From the NCBI GenBank assembly GCA_964255285.1, contig CAXUUL010000043.1:1-47697 (forward strand): DNA of 47,697 nucleotides. The letters are read 5' to 3'. Position 1 is the stretch's first letter. Each line of letters starts with the position of its first letter. A program made the position numbers and the translations under genes. Positions 11,851-23,621 of the stretch are shown here, in pieces. The DNA comes from Ionaspis alba (lineage: Eukaryota). Under the pieces are notes generated by a model. It saw nothing but the letters and a program-made list of their open reading frames with translations, did not search any database and was not told where the DNA came from.

Positions 11851-12621
11851 TTATCCATATATAACACACAAAGCCCACAGAGCAGCCACAAACCACGCCC
11901 CTTCTGCAACTTTCGCCCTATCTCCACCCCCGGTACTCTGGGTCGCATCTTTATGCTTGTACATGGTAAGTCTGTGCAGGGTGTCAGCTACATGCTTCAT
12001 CAATCTGCCACAATTCAAGTAATATCCTGGTGGAAGTCCACATTGCATCACTCTTGTAGCTCAACTCACCTCAATCGATCCCCACAAATTTGTGTATTGT
12101 CTCCCGCACACCTCGTCGTACAATTCGCATCCTGTAATTTTTGCGCGTTTGAATTTAAATAAGGCGCACACCAGCATTCCCGCCCATATTCCAGCCCGGC
12201 ATACGTGTTCGTGCCGCAGAAGGAGAGACAGTAATTGATTGTCATTTGGTCAGTCGCCGTCTGTATTAGATGCAAGAGGTTAGCAATCAGATCCGGACCG
12301 TCCGCGTAGCTCTCCCGCCCAAGCTATACCAGATGGCATATTTGGCAAGGCACCGGCAAGAGTAGTTGGCCCAAGTAAGAATCAATAGACAAGACCCACC
12401 ATGTTTCCTCCCGCCAACGCTCTTACATTCCCAGCGTCTGCAAACCCGGTGGTTTCATTATAGCAACCAACATATTGAAACACGGCCGTACTGGGGACGA
12501 TGGATGCAAACGCGGCCGCGGATGTAGTTGTTGGGGCTGAGGCTGAGGTTTTGGATTGCGCTGCCACGAGAGGAAGTGATAGAGAGAGAAGGAACGCGGC
12601 AAGGCACCATTTTGCAGTCAT
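11851..12621 (-). CDS. Small secreted/GPI-like WSC-domain protein, 3 exons
   Basis: Signal peptide MTAKWCLAAFLLSLSLPLVAA. Introns 12261-12399 and 11972-12069. WSC signature YVGCY...MTINYCLSFC...YAGLEYGRECWC...C...CAGD...ICG..RLTMY. Hydrophobic C-terminus AWFVAALWALCVIYG. Confidence 0.88.
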
Positions 12622-13087
12622 ATCGGGGGCGGAAGGAATGAAGGTAAGGACTGTAGTGTATCAACTCCTTTGGAAGCTGAGCATGGCACGATAGATAATT
12701 ACAGCAAGGATTGCGGAGTTGTTGATGAAGAGATTCGAGATTGGATCGGATCTACGGTCGATCTCCCGTCCTTCTGCCGATTAGCGATGGCAGGGATTGA
12801 GGTCTTGGCAGGGGTATAACTTTTCCGTTCCTATTGTATGTTGGCGGGCGATTGAAAACAAGTTGAGACACGCTCGCTACAGCCCCCGGGAGAGACGTCG
12901 AGGTTTTGCGATAATTGCTCCTATCCTCTCACTAGGAAGAGTAATCAGATGCAAAGTGCATGCTTCCATGGTGTCTTAGTGCAATTTTCTAAAAGGTGGA
13001 AGATTAAAGGTTCTTTGAAAGCTAATCTATCCAGATTCAACAAACAAGACTTGCTGCCAGAATTAATATTGAAAGCCACTCTCGCTA

Positions 13088-15376
13088 TTACCGACCATAT
13101 AAACCTGCACCAGGCACTTGATTTTGCCGTTTTCTAACCCCTGTAGTGTCCTGCCCAATCCAGGAGTTGACATCAGCACCGCTCGCGGCGTTTCCCAACC
13201 TCTCCTGGATAGTATAGTCCGCCGTGGCCGGTACGAGCGTAAGGTCGTTATAAGCAGCAGCTTCAACTCTCTCATCAAATTGCCGCAACGCCGGGGGTGT
13301 ATTTTGTAGGCTGCCTGGTCGTGGTACAGAGAGTCTCCGAATAGCGACCACAAGAGCACACATGAATTTGGAGCTGCGTGCCGCTCTCAACTCCTCGTTG
13401 GACCAATTAGATTTATGTGTAAAGCCACACCATAGCTCTAGCTTGTTCATCTCGAAGATCGAGAGTACTCGGACCTCGCACTCGGGATAATAGTCGCGAG
13501 GATTAGCTCGTAGAAAAGATTGGAGTTCGTACTTGAGATTCTGGATATCTGTGAAAGTCGTATTGAAGTCTACGAAGATGGACGTCTCTTCTCGATTCAC
13601 ACCTGACCTCGTGACATTCTCGATTCGTTTGATGTTCAACCGGTCGTTGGACATCTGGAGGTCTTTGCCGTTGTCAAGTCGCTTAAAGACCGTGAAGAGG
13701 ATAGAAATACGTTTGACGACGACAGAGGTACGTATCATCCCGGTGGGATTGTATACTTCGATACGATCGCCTACGTCGTAGGCATGTTTGAAGAAGATGA
13801 AGATGCATCCATTGATGAATTCGTAGATGGATCTTCCGAGACCCCATGTAAGGCCAAGAGCCGCAAAGCCTGCAGCATCCTTCATTCCCTTCAGAGCAGG
13901 CATATATCGGACGGCTGGGTAGCAATTAGCATAAAGAACTTGCGCGGCGACTCGGTGTTCGCGAGATAACAGAGAGCTTACTGATAAATACAGCTACTGT
14001 CATAGTGATCAGTATAATGAGAATCCAATGCAGGGAATTAATTGCTCGGTTGATGTCAGTCATCCCTTGGTATACAGCATGGCGGCTGTTCCCAGTCTCG
14101 ACCACAATAAGAATCATTTCTTTCAGGGTCAGATCGCCGTTCTCGTTTCCATCAAGGGCATTGAAGGCTTCTTCTGCTTCTACCCTTCGTTTGGGTCCAA
14201 GGACTTCGTTTATGTCGTTCAGCGTCAGCACGTCGCGCCCTTCTGGAACAAGCGACATCCAGATCCGTTTTGCCAGCGCTGCGGATGACTTCTGGCTCTC
14301 AAGAGCGTTGTCCACCACAGCAAGGGAATTGGGCAAATGTCTGAGTTTGCCTCTTAGTCTGCTTTTGCCCCCATCGCGTATGACACTGTCCTCGAGAACA
14401 AATGGTGCCTGATTTCTAGGACACACTGATGTCGATGCATCATATAAAGTTGCCAATGAGTTGCGCAAGCTCTTTGAGCGCTCGACGCGGTTGCCATCAG
14501 TCCGATAATGATAGTGGATAGAGAGATAGAGCATCGCCAACTTCTCCAGGAAGTATATAATAGCCCAAACGACAAGAATTGATAGAATGTCATTGAGGAT
14601 CTTGTCCCATTTCCACGCCTTGGGCTTTTTGGTGTATTTCTTGAGTAACTTGTACATCAGTTCTTGCATGGCGTCATCAAACTTCGCGTCTGGTTTCTGG
14701 TTTTTGGGGATGTTAACAGCCTTGTCGTTGAAGATAATCTGGACGCATCAGCTACTCCGTGCGAACAAGTGTGACGGAATTCTAAGCTTACAACGAAGAA
14801 GGAGAAGTAAGATCCAATGGTGCCTCCCAACAGAGTGACGGGGAGCCTCATGAACCGAAAGATCCGCCAGTATTTGACATGACCCGGATTTACCCATCTT
14901 GCTACAACTCGAAAGACATAGGGAAAGATGTTGATGGAGATGTTAGAAAAGGCAAAGAAACACCAGGAGACGAGTAGCCAGCGAAATAGGTGATGAAGTA
15001 GATCTCTGTGTTTTTCTTCATCCTCATCGGAGCTCCAGTCGCCATCGTCGTAATAAAGCACAACTGGTACCGTCAGACCAGCGGTGACAGCTAACAGAAC
15101 GAACAAATATGCTATCACACGAAAGAATCGGCGGTATCTCTGGAAGAATGGTAGTCGCACCTCATCCTCGGAAGCCCATCCTGGGGGAGGGAAAGGTGGC
15201 GGCAGATACGTGATCGATGGTCGTGTGCTTGCAGACTCCGTCGGTCCTGGATAAGCTCTGGTTTCTTCCTTCACTCCCGTTTCGATATTGATGAACTCGT
15301 CGGACGAGTTGGCATTATGCACATGATTATAGGTAGGTAGTTGCTCGTGGCTCGTCCTCCGATACGATCCAGCCAT
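13088..15376 (-). CDS. MscS-family mechanosensitive ion channel with EF-hand (Msy1/Msy2-like), 3 exons
   Basis: Introns 14739-14791 and 13915-13981 restore a single frame. N-terminal TM segments, SAALAKRIW, EF-hand DGNENGDLTLKE, MscS core CIFIFFKHAYDVGDRIE...VKRISILFTVF...IENVTRS, C-terminal HKSNWSNE.LRAAR.SKFMCALV. Confidence 0.92.
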
Positions 15377-16356
15377 TATGTGCGGCGAGGAAGCAAGAAA
15401 ACGAAGGAACACAGGGCACTAGCCAGCTAGTCAGACCCTTCAGAAGAGAGTGTACATAAGGAGATTTCAATTTCGCAAAGGCAAACATATGTAAGAAGAC
15501 GGGACTGGTTCACTCATATACACGTCGAGGAATTGCACACAGAAAACCAACAAAGCTTGTTCGTGTTCGAACGCTCCTGTTGGCAAAGTAAGGACGGATT
15601 AACATCACTGCTGCAATTGCGAGGGCCAGACTATTTCTGTGATGAAGCCTCCAGACTGTTGCGATAGTACTAAGTGGTTGTTGGTAAGGTTGGTTAACAA
15701 GCGACGAAAGGAATTAGAGGAAGAAAGCCAAGACAACATCCAGCCAACTCAAACCAACCATAACTCAGCCACTTGCTCGGGTCAAGTCAGCAAGCAATCC
15801 TCAAGTAAGTGTCGCGATGTGAGAATTGCTGATGAGTCTCAACCATCACAGATGAGGATCTCATCTGGCATCTAGCCAGCAGTTTCTTTCACACCTGCTT
15901 TTTCACTGCATATTGGATCTCCACAACGGGGAAACATCCATTGAAATGGAGTTGATGTGAACGGGGAATTTATTCAAGCTTAATGCCACGTTGTTCGCAG
16001 ACACTTCTGATATGGTATAGTCTCATCCATGCTTCAGAGCCAATTCGGACGAAAAGCAATGTACCTCTGTATACGTTTCCCCATGACGAAATTTCACCAT
16101 GCTCAGCCACTGTGGCGTTAAGCGACAGGTTCCGGTAAGGTTTTTAACCAGCACTACTTGAACCTGACCGGCTGTGGCACCACGTCACCAAGAACAGTCT
16201 TCTCGAACTGTGGCTGGAACACCTTGGAAAGACTAGTACGGTTCAGCCATGCCTTCACGTTTGATCGATACGTGATTCCACTCTTTGATTGGTCTCATCC
16301 GGGTGTTTTGGCTTTCTCCGCTAGTTGCGTAAGTAAGAAACAGGGCAGTGAAGCCA

Positions 16357-16383
16357 AAACATGGAAACATGGAAACATGGAAA
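16357..16383 (+). repeat. Short tandem repeat (AAACATGG)x3
   Basis: Three perfect copies plus AAA, ~150 bp upstream of the MARVEL gene ATG. Confidence 0.8.
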
Positions 16384-16534
16384 TAGCATATTACGTACCA
16401 CGTCATGTGCCATTCATATATGGTCAACCAGCGCCTTGTTTCTCTTTCTCTGTATCCTTGTTGACCTCTTGCTTCGCACCTGTCATATCTCTCAGCTCTG
16501 ATTTCTTAGAGGGTCCCAATCTACTTCTCACACC

Positions 16535-17717
16535 ATGGCTGGCGGTGGAGTTATCCTGCGCGTGTTGACGACGCTCATCCGTGGACTTCAATTCCTTGCT
16601 TCGATTATCATACTGGGCATCTTTTCGTACTTTCTCGCCGTCCTTTCCCGACAAAATAGCCCTATAGCCACGTTCATCAGGGCAGTGGAAGGACTTGCAG
16701 GCGCAGCCGCTCTCTACACCCTCATCGCAATTGTCTTGACATGTTTCCTGGGCGGGGTGATGATCTTCGCTTTTACGGCCATTATCCTCGACATCTGCTT
16801 CATTGGGTGCTTTATCGCTATCACGGTCCTCACCAAGGACAGTCTCAGCAACTGTGCAGCTGCCACACGTGGTCTGGCGATCAAAGCGGCTGATAAGATG
16901 ACCTCGGATCGGAACTGTGCGTTGGAGAAAACAGTATGCATTCTGGCAATCATCTGCATGTAAGCGATTCCTTCCCGCAGAGGATTGTTTTTTGCTTTCG
17001 CTGATATTTTCTAGTGGGCTTTTCATTATCTCTGCACTAATGCAACTCCTTCTGGGCAGACACCACCAACGCGAGAAGCGGTTCGGACCAGGTCCATCGA
17101 ACAACTATACGTCGGGCGAAGGAAAGAAGTCTTCCTTCGGGCGCAAAACGCAAACGCCGCTCAATGCTCCAGTAACAGCGGAGAAGAAGCAGCCATTCTG
17201 GAAGGGTAACGGCAGGATAGCCAACGACACGGAGCTTGGCACCGTTGGTGCTCGCCCATCGCATGACACTGCGCTGACAGGCTCGACAGTGGCTGCTACT
17301 GGGGCCACTTATGGTGTTGTCGATAACAAGCATAAGCCTGGACACGGCAGCACGGACTACACTCACCAGAGTGCGTACGATCATCCCAGTGCTTTGACTC
17401 CTGGGCATCATGGAGAATATAGTCACCCGTCCGGAACTACTTCTACCAACTATGAACAATATTCAGAGGCGCCCGAAGCAACTTCTGGACACCACGGCGG
17501 CTATACGCAACCTATTGACTACGCACAACCCTCCGGAATGACTTCTGGACATCACAACGATTACAGTCACGGAACAGCATATGTGCAACCTAGCGATATA
17601 ACCACCACCAATCAAGTGGGCTATGAACATCCGCAGGGATATAGCGACGCCGCTCAACATTCGTACCCCAGTCACGGATACGACAAACCCACCTACGGAC
17701 AAACAAATAGGTATTGA
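16535..17717 (+). CDS. MARVEL-type four-TM membrane protein with repetitive Y/H/S/G-rich C-terminal tail, 2 exons
   Basis: Intron 16960-17014 (GTAAGC..CTGAT..TAG). Motifs IRGLQFL..IILGIFSYFLA, IRAVEGLAGAAALY, LDICFIGCFIAI, C.LEK.V, and KRFGPGPSNNYTSG, typical of fungal MARVEL proteins. Confidence 0.88.
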
Positions 17718-17874
17718 CCNNNNNNNNNNNNNNNNNNNNNNNNNNNNNNNNNNNNNNNNNNNNNNNNNNNNNNNNNNNNNNNNNNNNNNNNNNNNNNNNN
17801 NNNNNNNNNNNNNNNNNNNACCCCAGTCACGGATACGACAAACCCACCTACGGACAAACAAATAGGTATTGACC
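17665..17874. repeat. Assembly gap (N 17720-17819) flanked by an exact 55-bp duplication
   Basis: 17665-17719 is identical to 17820-17874. Confidence 0.95.
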
Positions 17875-18114
17875 GAATCAATTTGGGAGACCAAGAAAAC
17901 CTAGGGAGGTTCGTTCTAATTTGTTCGGAGCTGCTGGCGAATTTGGGCAAATTGCTCGGAAGGATGTTATGCCGTCACGTAGTCATGATCTAGAACATAA
18001 TGTTAATGGGATTGGCGCCCCTAAAATCTCAACCTGACTCACCACTTCCATCCCGTTGTTTGGACAATTTCGTCAATTCTATCGTGCACTTATCCTTTTG
18101 TCCAAGTCCATTTT

Positions 18115-18629
18115 TCAGCTCTTTCTCGCCGCTTTCTTTCCCTTGGGAGCAGCATCCTTGACCAACCCGTCCAGAAAGTCTCGTAGCACACTCTCCAAGC
18201 CCTCGTTCCTCCTTGTGAGCAGCATAACATCGTCGACAGCTATCGTCTTTCGACCTGCATGGCTAGAACTTGGGAATCAGCTATCTCTTCCACGGATCAC
18301 ATCGTTAGAAGCCTACTGCGCAAAGACCTCGAGATCTTGGCTAACAGTCTCTGTGTACGACATCGGATCAGTCGTTGTGGTATGGGAGAAACTTGTGACA
18401 GATGTAGCCACAGCACGTACCGATTTGCGCCCAAACAAGCTCAGTTAATGCTCCAATGAATTGCGGTGTGGCATTGACGCCCAGCTTGAGAGTTTCTTCG
18501 TCGACGATCTTGCCGATGGAGAACCAGAGGGCAGATTTGAGACTCTGCGAGAATGGTCAGCGAAGCATAACGAAAGAGGATATGGGCCCAGTTTACCTCT
18601 TGTAGAGCTTCTTTATCAGCCTCCGCCAT
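18115..18629 (-). CDS. MHF1: CENP-S / Mhf1 histone-fold protein, 4 exons
   Basis: Not a single ORF in the track. Manual splicing gives MAEADKEALQE|SLKSALWFSIGKIVDEETLKLGVNATPQFIGALTELVWAQI|ETVSQDLEVFA|HAGRKTIAVDDVMLLTRRNEGL..., the CENP-S signature. Stop TGA at 18117-18115. Confidence 0.93.
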
Positions 18630-18981
18630 TGTTGTGGAGTAATATGGTGGGGTTCCGAAGCGGACGCGTCGGGTGTGGGTTGCGCGCCGAAGATTAAGAG
18701 ATCTCCGAGGCTCGCGGAACGACTAATACGCAAAGGGAACTGAATTTCATTCATGGCGACCTCAATTGCACATTTCCGGTCCTGATAATTTGACTACCTA
18801 CCTCCTTGAGATTCACCATGTGTCTTCACGCTTGACAACCAAATATCCTTATCTTTGTCCTTGCACCTTTGTATACTTCGAACTTCTCATTCCTTCGACA
18901 ACAGTATTCCCACCACTCCTCTCCCCACTGAATCCTACAACCAAAACCAGAAGAGAAGTACCTCTAAATACTTTACTGGAA
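18630..18981. promoter_or_regulatory. Divergent MHF1/PGA2 promoter with MCB element
   Basis: ACGCGT at 18664-18669 plus further CGCG cores (~18683, ~18713). Head-to-head ATGs are 352 bp apart. Confidence 0.55.
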
Positions 18982-19428
18982 ATGGCATCCTCCTCGACAA
19001 TCGCATCGCACCTCACAACCTACGCATCCAATTTCTCCTCGAACGTCGCGAACACTTTCGACCGCCTCACGCTGAAGGATTACATCCGCTTGATCATTGT
19101 AATTGGAGCATACTCTCTTCTTCGTCCCTACCTCATCAAGCGAGGCGCCCGGTTTCAAGCCAAGGACCACGAGCGGGAACTAGATCCCGACGAGATAAGT
19201 TCCGTGGCTGCAATCAGTCCCAATTCTCTGAGGGGGAAAATCCATGTACCGGAGGATACGGACAGCGAGAGCGAAGAAGAAGGAAGGAAACGAACCGATT
19301 GGGGGAAGAAGGCCAGGAGGAGGCAGAGGAGAGTCATCAAGCAGTTACTGGACGAGGATGAGAAGCGGAGGCAGGAGGAAGAGGAGGCTGCGAGTGATAA
19401 GGAGATCGAGGAGTTCTTGGTGGGGTGA
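18982..19428 (+). CDS. PGA2: Pga2-like (DUF1531) single-TM ER trafficking protein
   Basis: ATG at 18982. Motifs DYIRLIIVIGAYSLLRPYL, WGKKARRRQR, and an acidic tail SDKEIEEFL. Confidence 0.8.
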   Translation: MASSSTIASHLTTYASNFSSNVANTFDRLTLKDYIRLIIVIGAYSLLRPYLIKRGARFQAKDHERELDPDEISSVAAISPNSLRGKIHVPEDTDSESEEEGRKRTDWGKKARRRQRRVIKQLLDEDEKRRQEEEEAASDKEIEEFLVG

Positions 19429-20488
19429 ATGAGCGGGTTCATTGATGCCCAGGAAGAGTGCAACAGTGATGTGCTGTTCCGATACCATGAAAACCGTCAG
19501 TGCTCGAGACCTTCCACCGTCTCAATCCACCTTCCCAGAACTGTGACAAGGCTGGCCCTAAGTTAGGCTCCCTGCAACCGACCGTGCAGGAGAGTGGCTG
19601 ACGTTTGGCCTATTGGAAACCGTCAAGGGATGTTGGTATTTTGACGGATTGTCCAATGTAAGCCTCTGGTAGGCTGAAATGATAGACTACCGATTGCTCC
19701 ATACGTTGTGCCGGCTTCATGTTGGTCCAGATTATGATTGGCCGCAGTGTGGGAGGAGGAAGAACTGCATATGGCCCGCGCAGGTTGCAGCATAATCGCA
19801 GATGAAATCGTACCATAATCAGGCCGAATCTCGATAGTGCAGAACTAATCAATGCCTAGACTTTTCATGTGATAATTTTGTTGGCTCTATGCTTCTGGTA
19901 TTATCAAAATTGCTATATTAGCTGGAACATTGTGCTCAATTGATAGTTGGACATGTAGCCCGAATCGACGTCGACGAACGGACTGTTGAGCGAACGAATT
20001 GAAGATCGAGGTTCCCTTGCATTGACTGCGGGGCGATCACTTCCTCATAGGGCTTCGCTTCTCGGCTCGGAGAGTCTAGCTCGCCTATTTGACAGGGAAC
20101 GACATGCAGGAAATGGGGAATCTCGTACATAAGTGCATAAATCTTTGTGCCCACCGCCATTTGGAAATCTGGTGGGGCAATTCCATCCACCCAAAAACTG
20201 AAGATGGCACGGTAGAAGCAGCCATTGCGACCTGCTAAGGTGCGGTAAGGGAGACAGCAAACGTGGGTAATCCTCCGCTGATTCCACGACACTGCACACC
20301 ACCTCCACCACCACCAACCCTTCGCTTCTCCACTTCTCGTGGTGACCTGCCAGCGCAAGTCTGCTGCCCTATCAAAAATGTGGGTTCCCGTCCTAACTTT
20401 TACGCCGCTCGAGTCCGTTTCCACTGTCCACTCCGCTCTCCATCTTTCCATTTCATACTCCCTCAAAGAGAGGCTGGTAATAATGATC

Positions 20489-20698
20489 GTCCTCCAGTTC
20501 TATCTCACGATGGCTTGCATTTCTGTTTGTTTATGAGGTGAATNNNNNNNNNNNNNNNNNNNNNNNNNNNNNNNNNNNNNNNNNNNNNNNNNNNNNNNNN
20601 NNNNNNNNNNNNNNNNNNNNNNNNNNNNNNNNNNNNNNNNNNNGTCCTCCAGTTCTATCTCACGATGGCTTGCATTTCTGTTTGTTTATGAGGTGAAT
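20489..20698. repeat. Assembly gap (N 20544-20643) flanked by an exact 55-bp duplication
   Basis: 20489-20543 is identical to 20644-20698. Confidence 0.95.
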
Positions 20699-20719
20699 CC
20701 TCGTTTATACTCCTGAATT

Positions 20720-23621
20720 ATGCCTTCATACCACTCATCACCACTCATGCCCAACCCTTATGATCGATGGGATGCTCGGTTGGTGGCTAGCAATTGCACA
20801 GAACGTGAGCAGTCTGCTGACGTAGGGGCATTCTAGTTACAACAATGATCACAAAGTGGCCCAATCCTATCCCGCTTACTATAACGACATGCCTCGATCC
20901 CATCACCCCAACGTCCTTCCAATCCCTGCACCTCGTCCAAGAAACCGTTCGAAACAGCGATGGCCTCCACCACCGAGTGTAGAAGATGAAGTCGTCTCTT
21001 TGTCAAGGGAACATACTCCAGTACTACCAGATCTTATTGGCGGAGAGGCCCAGTCTCGTGGGAGCGTCGATCAATTGCCCATCATACTTGACGCAGACTT
21101 GCATGCAACGTTCTCTCAAAAAATTCAAACAGCAGGACGGAGCAGAAATCATAATTACAGTCTCACGTCGAGGTCGTCAACGGAAAGCTTCGGACCACAG
21201 ACACCTCCGGAGTCTGCTACTTGTAGCTCGGAGCGACGGTATACATGGAAGCCGAAGCCAGATGTTGAGATACCGCAGAGATACGATGAGCCCGTAGCTA
21301 AAACCACGACAAACAAGAGCTACAAGGGTTTGGAGCCTGTTGATCGACATGCACAGAAGGAGCCTTCTAGTTCACCTGCAAGACCCGGACGAGTCGCGAC
21401 AGAAACCAAAGCACCACCGCTCAAACTTAGTCGTGATTCTTCACCGTACGCATACTCGGCCAACTCTGGAAAAAGCACCTTCTCAGGAGATTATCTCATG
21501 TCACCTGATACCCTGAGCCCTGATTCTCGCTACCCGAACACGAAACGAGATTCTACCCCTCGAAGAGCTTCTGATATGTATGGCGCCACAACCCATGACT
21601 CCCGTCATAGGACGATGTCCAACTCCGCTCCTAGACCTGGCCGTCCGACATTTGATAGACACGTGACAGCTGTGGGATATTCGGGGGAGCAATTGCTCGG
21701 CAGATCGCCTCTTCGGCCATCGAGGACCGCCGAACTCTCGTCGGACGATTCGGATCTGAGCTATGACGAAAACTCAAGCCTCCGCAACGAGAGAAGAGGT
21801 ACTCGATATTCCGTGGCCCGTCCGGAATCAACTCGTCATGCCTCATCGTTGCGATATGATGAGGCTGTCCAGCAGAGCAGAAAGTCCCAATTACCTGTTT
21901 CCAAGCCGCCTCCTCTACCATCCCGTCCCCAGTCCGCCACCTGGGATCGTGGGCCATATGCACAACCTCAACCTTATGGTTCAAGCGTACCCAGCTCGGC
22001 TCCAATTTCAACCAAGTCGACCTTGAACAGAATCTCTCTACCTCCTAGAGCAAGTCCGCGAGCATCCCCTTCCACGTCACCGTACTCCACTCCTCCTGCA
22101 AGCCCAGATCCAGACAGCCAAAGATATAGTTACGACTCGCCACCATCTGGAAGGAAGTCTCGACCCGGATCTAGACCCAGTTCTCGACCTTCATCACCTA
22201 TCTCTTCTGCGAGGATTCACGCTCGATCCGGTGGTCTGGAACTACCGGATGATTTTCATTTCAGTCATCGGTCATCATATACGCCCAAATCGCGCCAAAC
22301 GTCTCCTCTTCCGTCCCCAGAGCCCGAATACCCAAGTAGCAGCTCGGGCATACGGATTGGAGTACAAGAAGCGTCGCCTGCACGAAGCTACAAGTCGACA
22401 ATACAATCAACCGAAATACCTACGAGGCCCAAAAGTCGAGATATATCTGTACCGTTTATTCTGTCAAATCCACCTCAGCAGCAACCGATAGGTGTACCAC
22501 ATACAAGACGGGCACTATCAAGCGCTGATAACCGTAGTCGTCCTGATGTGGAACCCATACGAAGAGCATCGGAGATGCCACTATCGCCCCCCTATCTTCC
22601 AGCAACAAGATCGCCAGCGCATTCCAAACTACCCATAACTCTTCCTATCTGTCCAAGACCCGAATTTGTCGCTGGTTATCATGATTGGTCTACGTTGCCA
22701 GGGGCGCCTCACTTTGATGTCTGTCCTACTTGCAGAACTGCGATTGAGCAAGCGGGCTTTGTTGGCCAATTCCAGCCAAGTCCTTCAAGACCGCCCGGAT
22801 ATGAGACCCGCTGTGATCTCAGCATCACCTGGATAAGAATGACCTGGTTGCTTGTCTTGCAGAATAAAGCACGTCCCAACTTGGTGCACGAGATGATGGA
22901 AGTCGTCGCCCAGGAGCACAAGTGTCCTGGAAAGAACGGGGCTGTGAGAAATTGGTATCGCCTTTACGACCCCGAGGCTAACCGACCCATTACCAACTTC
23001 AATGCCTGCTCTTACTGCGTCCGTAGCGTGGAGACTCTGTTTCCGAACCTCCATGGCACATTCCATCTCGTCCGAACCGATGTACCTCAGAAACGAACTT
23101 GCGATTTGAGAACCGAGAGTGCACGCTTCCCCAAATATCTCGACATGTTGGAAGAGATTTCGAACCAAGCATGGGAGTATCGTCGACCTCCAAACCTGTT
23201 CCGTTTCGTGCAATTAGCAAAAAAACTTGCGAATCTTCGAGAATGCAATCGCGACGATATGCTCTTGGACCACGTCTGGCATTACATTCCCCATCTCCCC
23301 GAATTCACCGTCTGCGAGGAATGCTACGAAGACGTTGTCTGGCCGGCCATTGCATCAGGTTCCGAGCTCGCCGATCAATTCCACGGGACTTTGCAGCTCC
23401 TACCACCCCCGTTCAATCGAGGGGGCGTGAGTTGCCAGCTCTATTCGGCGAGGATGAGGGCTGTGTTTCGTGAATCGTGTGCAGCGAATGACTATTTGAT
23501 GCTGAAAAAGGAGGCGGTGAAGCGGTGGGAGGTAGAACGGGATTTGCAGGGGAGATTGAAGCTTGCTAGGGATGGGGGCGAAATTGCTGCATTGGTGGAG
23601 GAGTGGAAGAATTGGGAGTGA
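20720..23621 (+). CDS. Uncharacterised fungal protein: long S/P/R-rich disordered region + C-terminal domain with three Cys4 repeats, 2 exons
   Basis: Exon 1 is 20720-20778 (MPSYHSSPLMPNPYDRWDAR). Intron 20779-20836 (GTTGGT..CTGAC..TAG) joins it in frame to the 921-codon ORF. C-terminal motifs FDVCPTC, FNACSYC, FTVCEECY. Confidence 0.85.

Noticed and set aside
17820..17874. Apparent tandem duplication of the MARVEL gene 3' end
   Set aside because: Exact 55-bp overlap across an N gap, the same length as at the next gap, so an assembly artefact.
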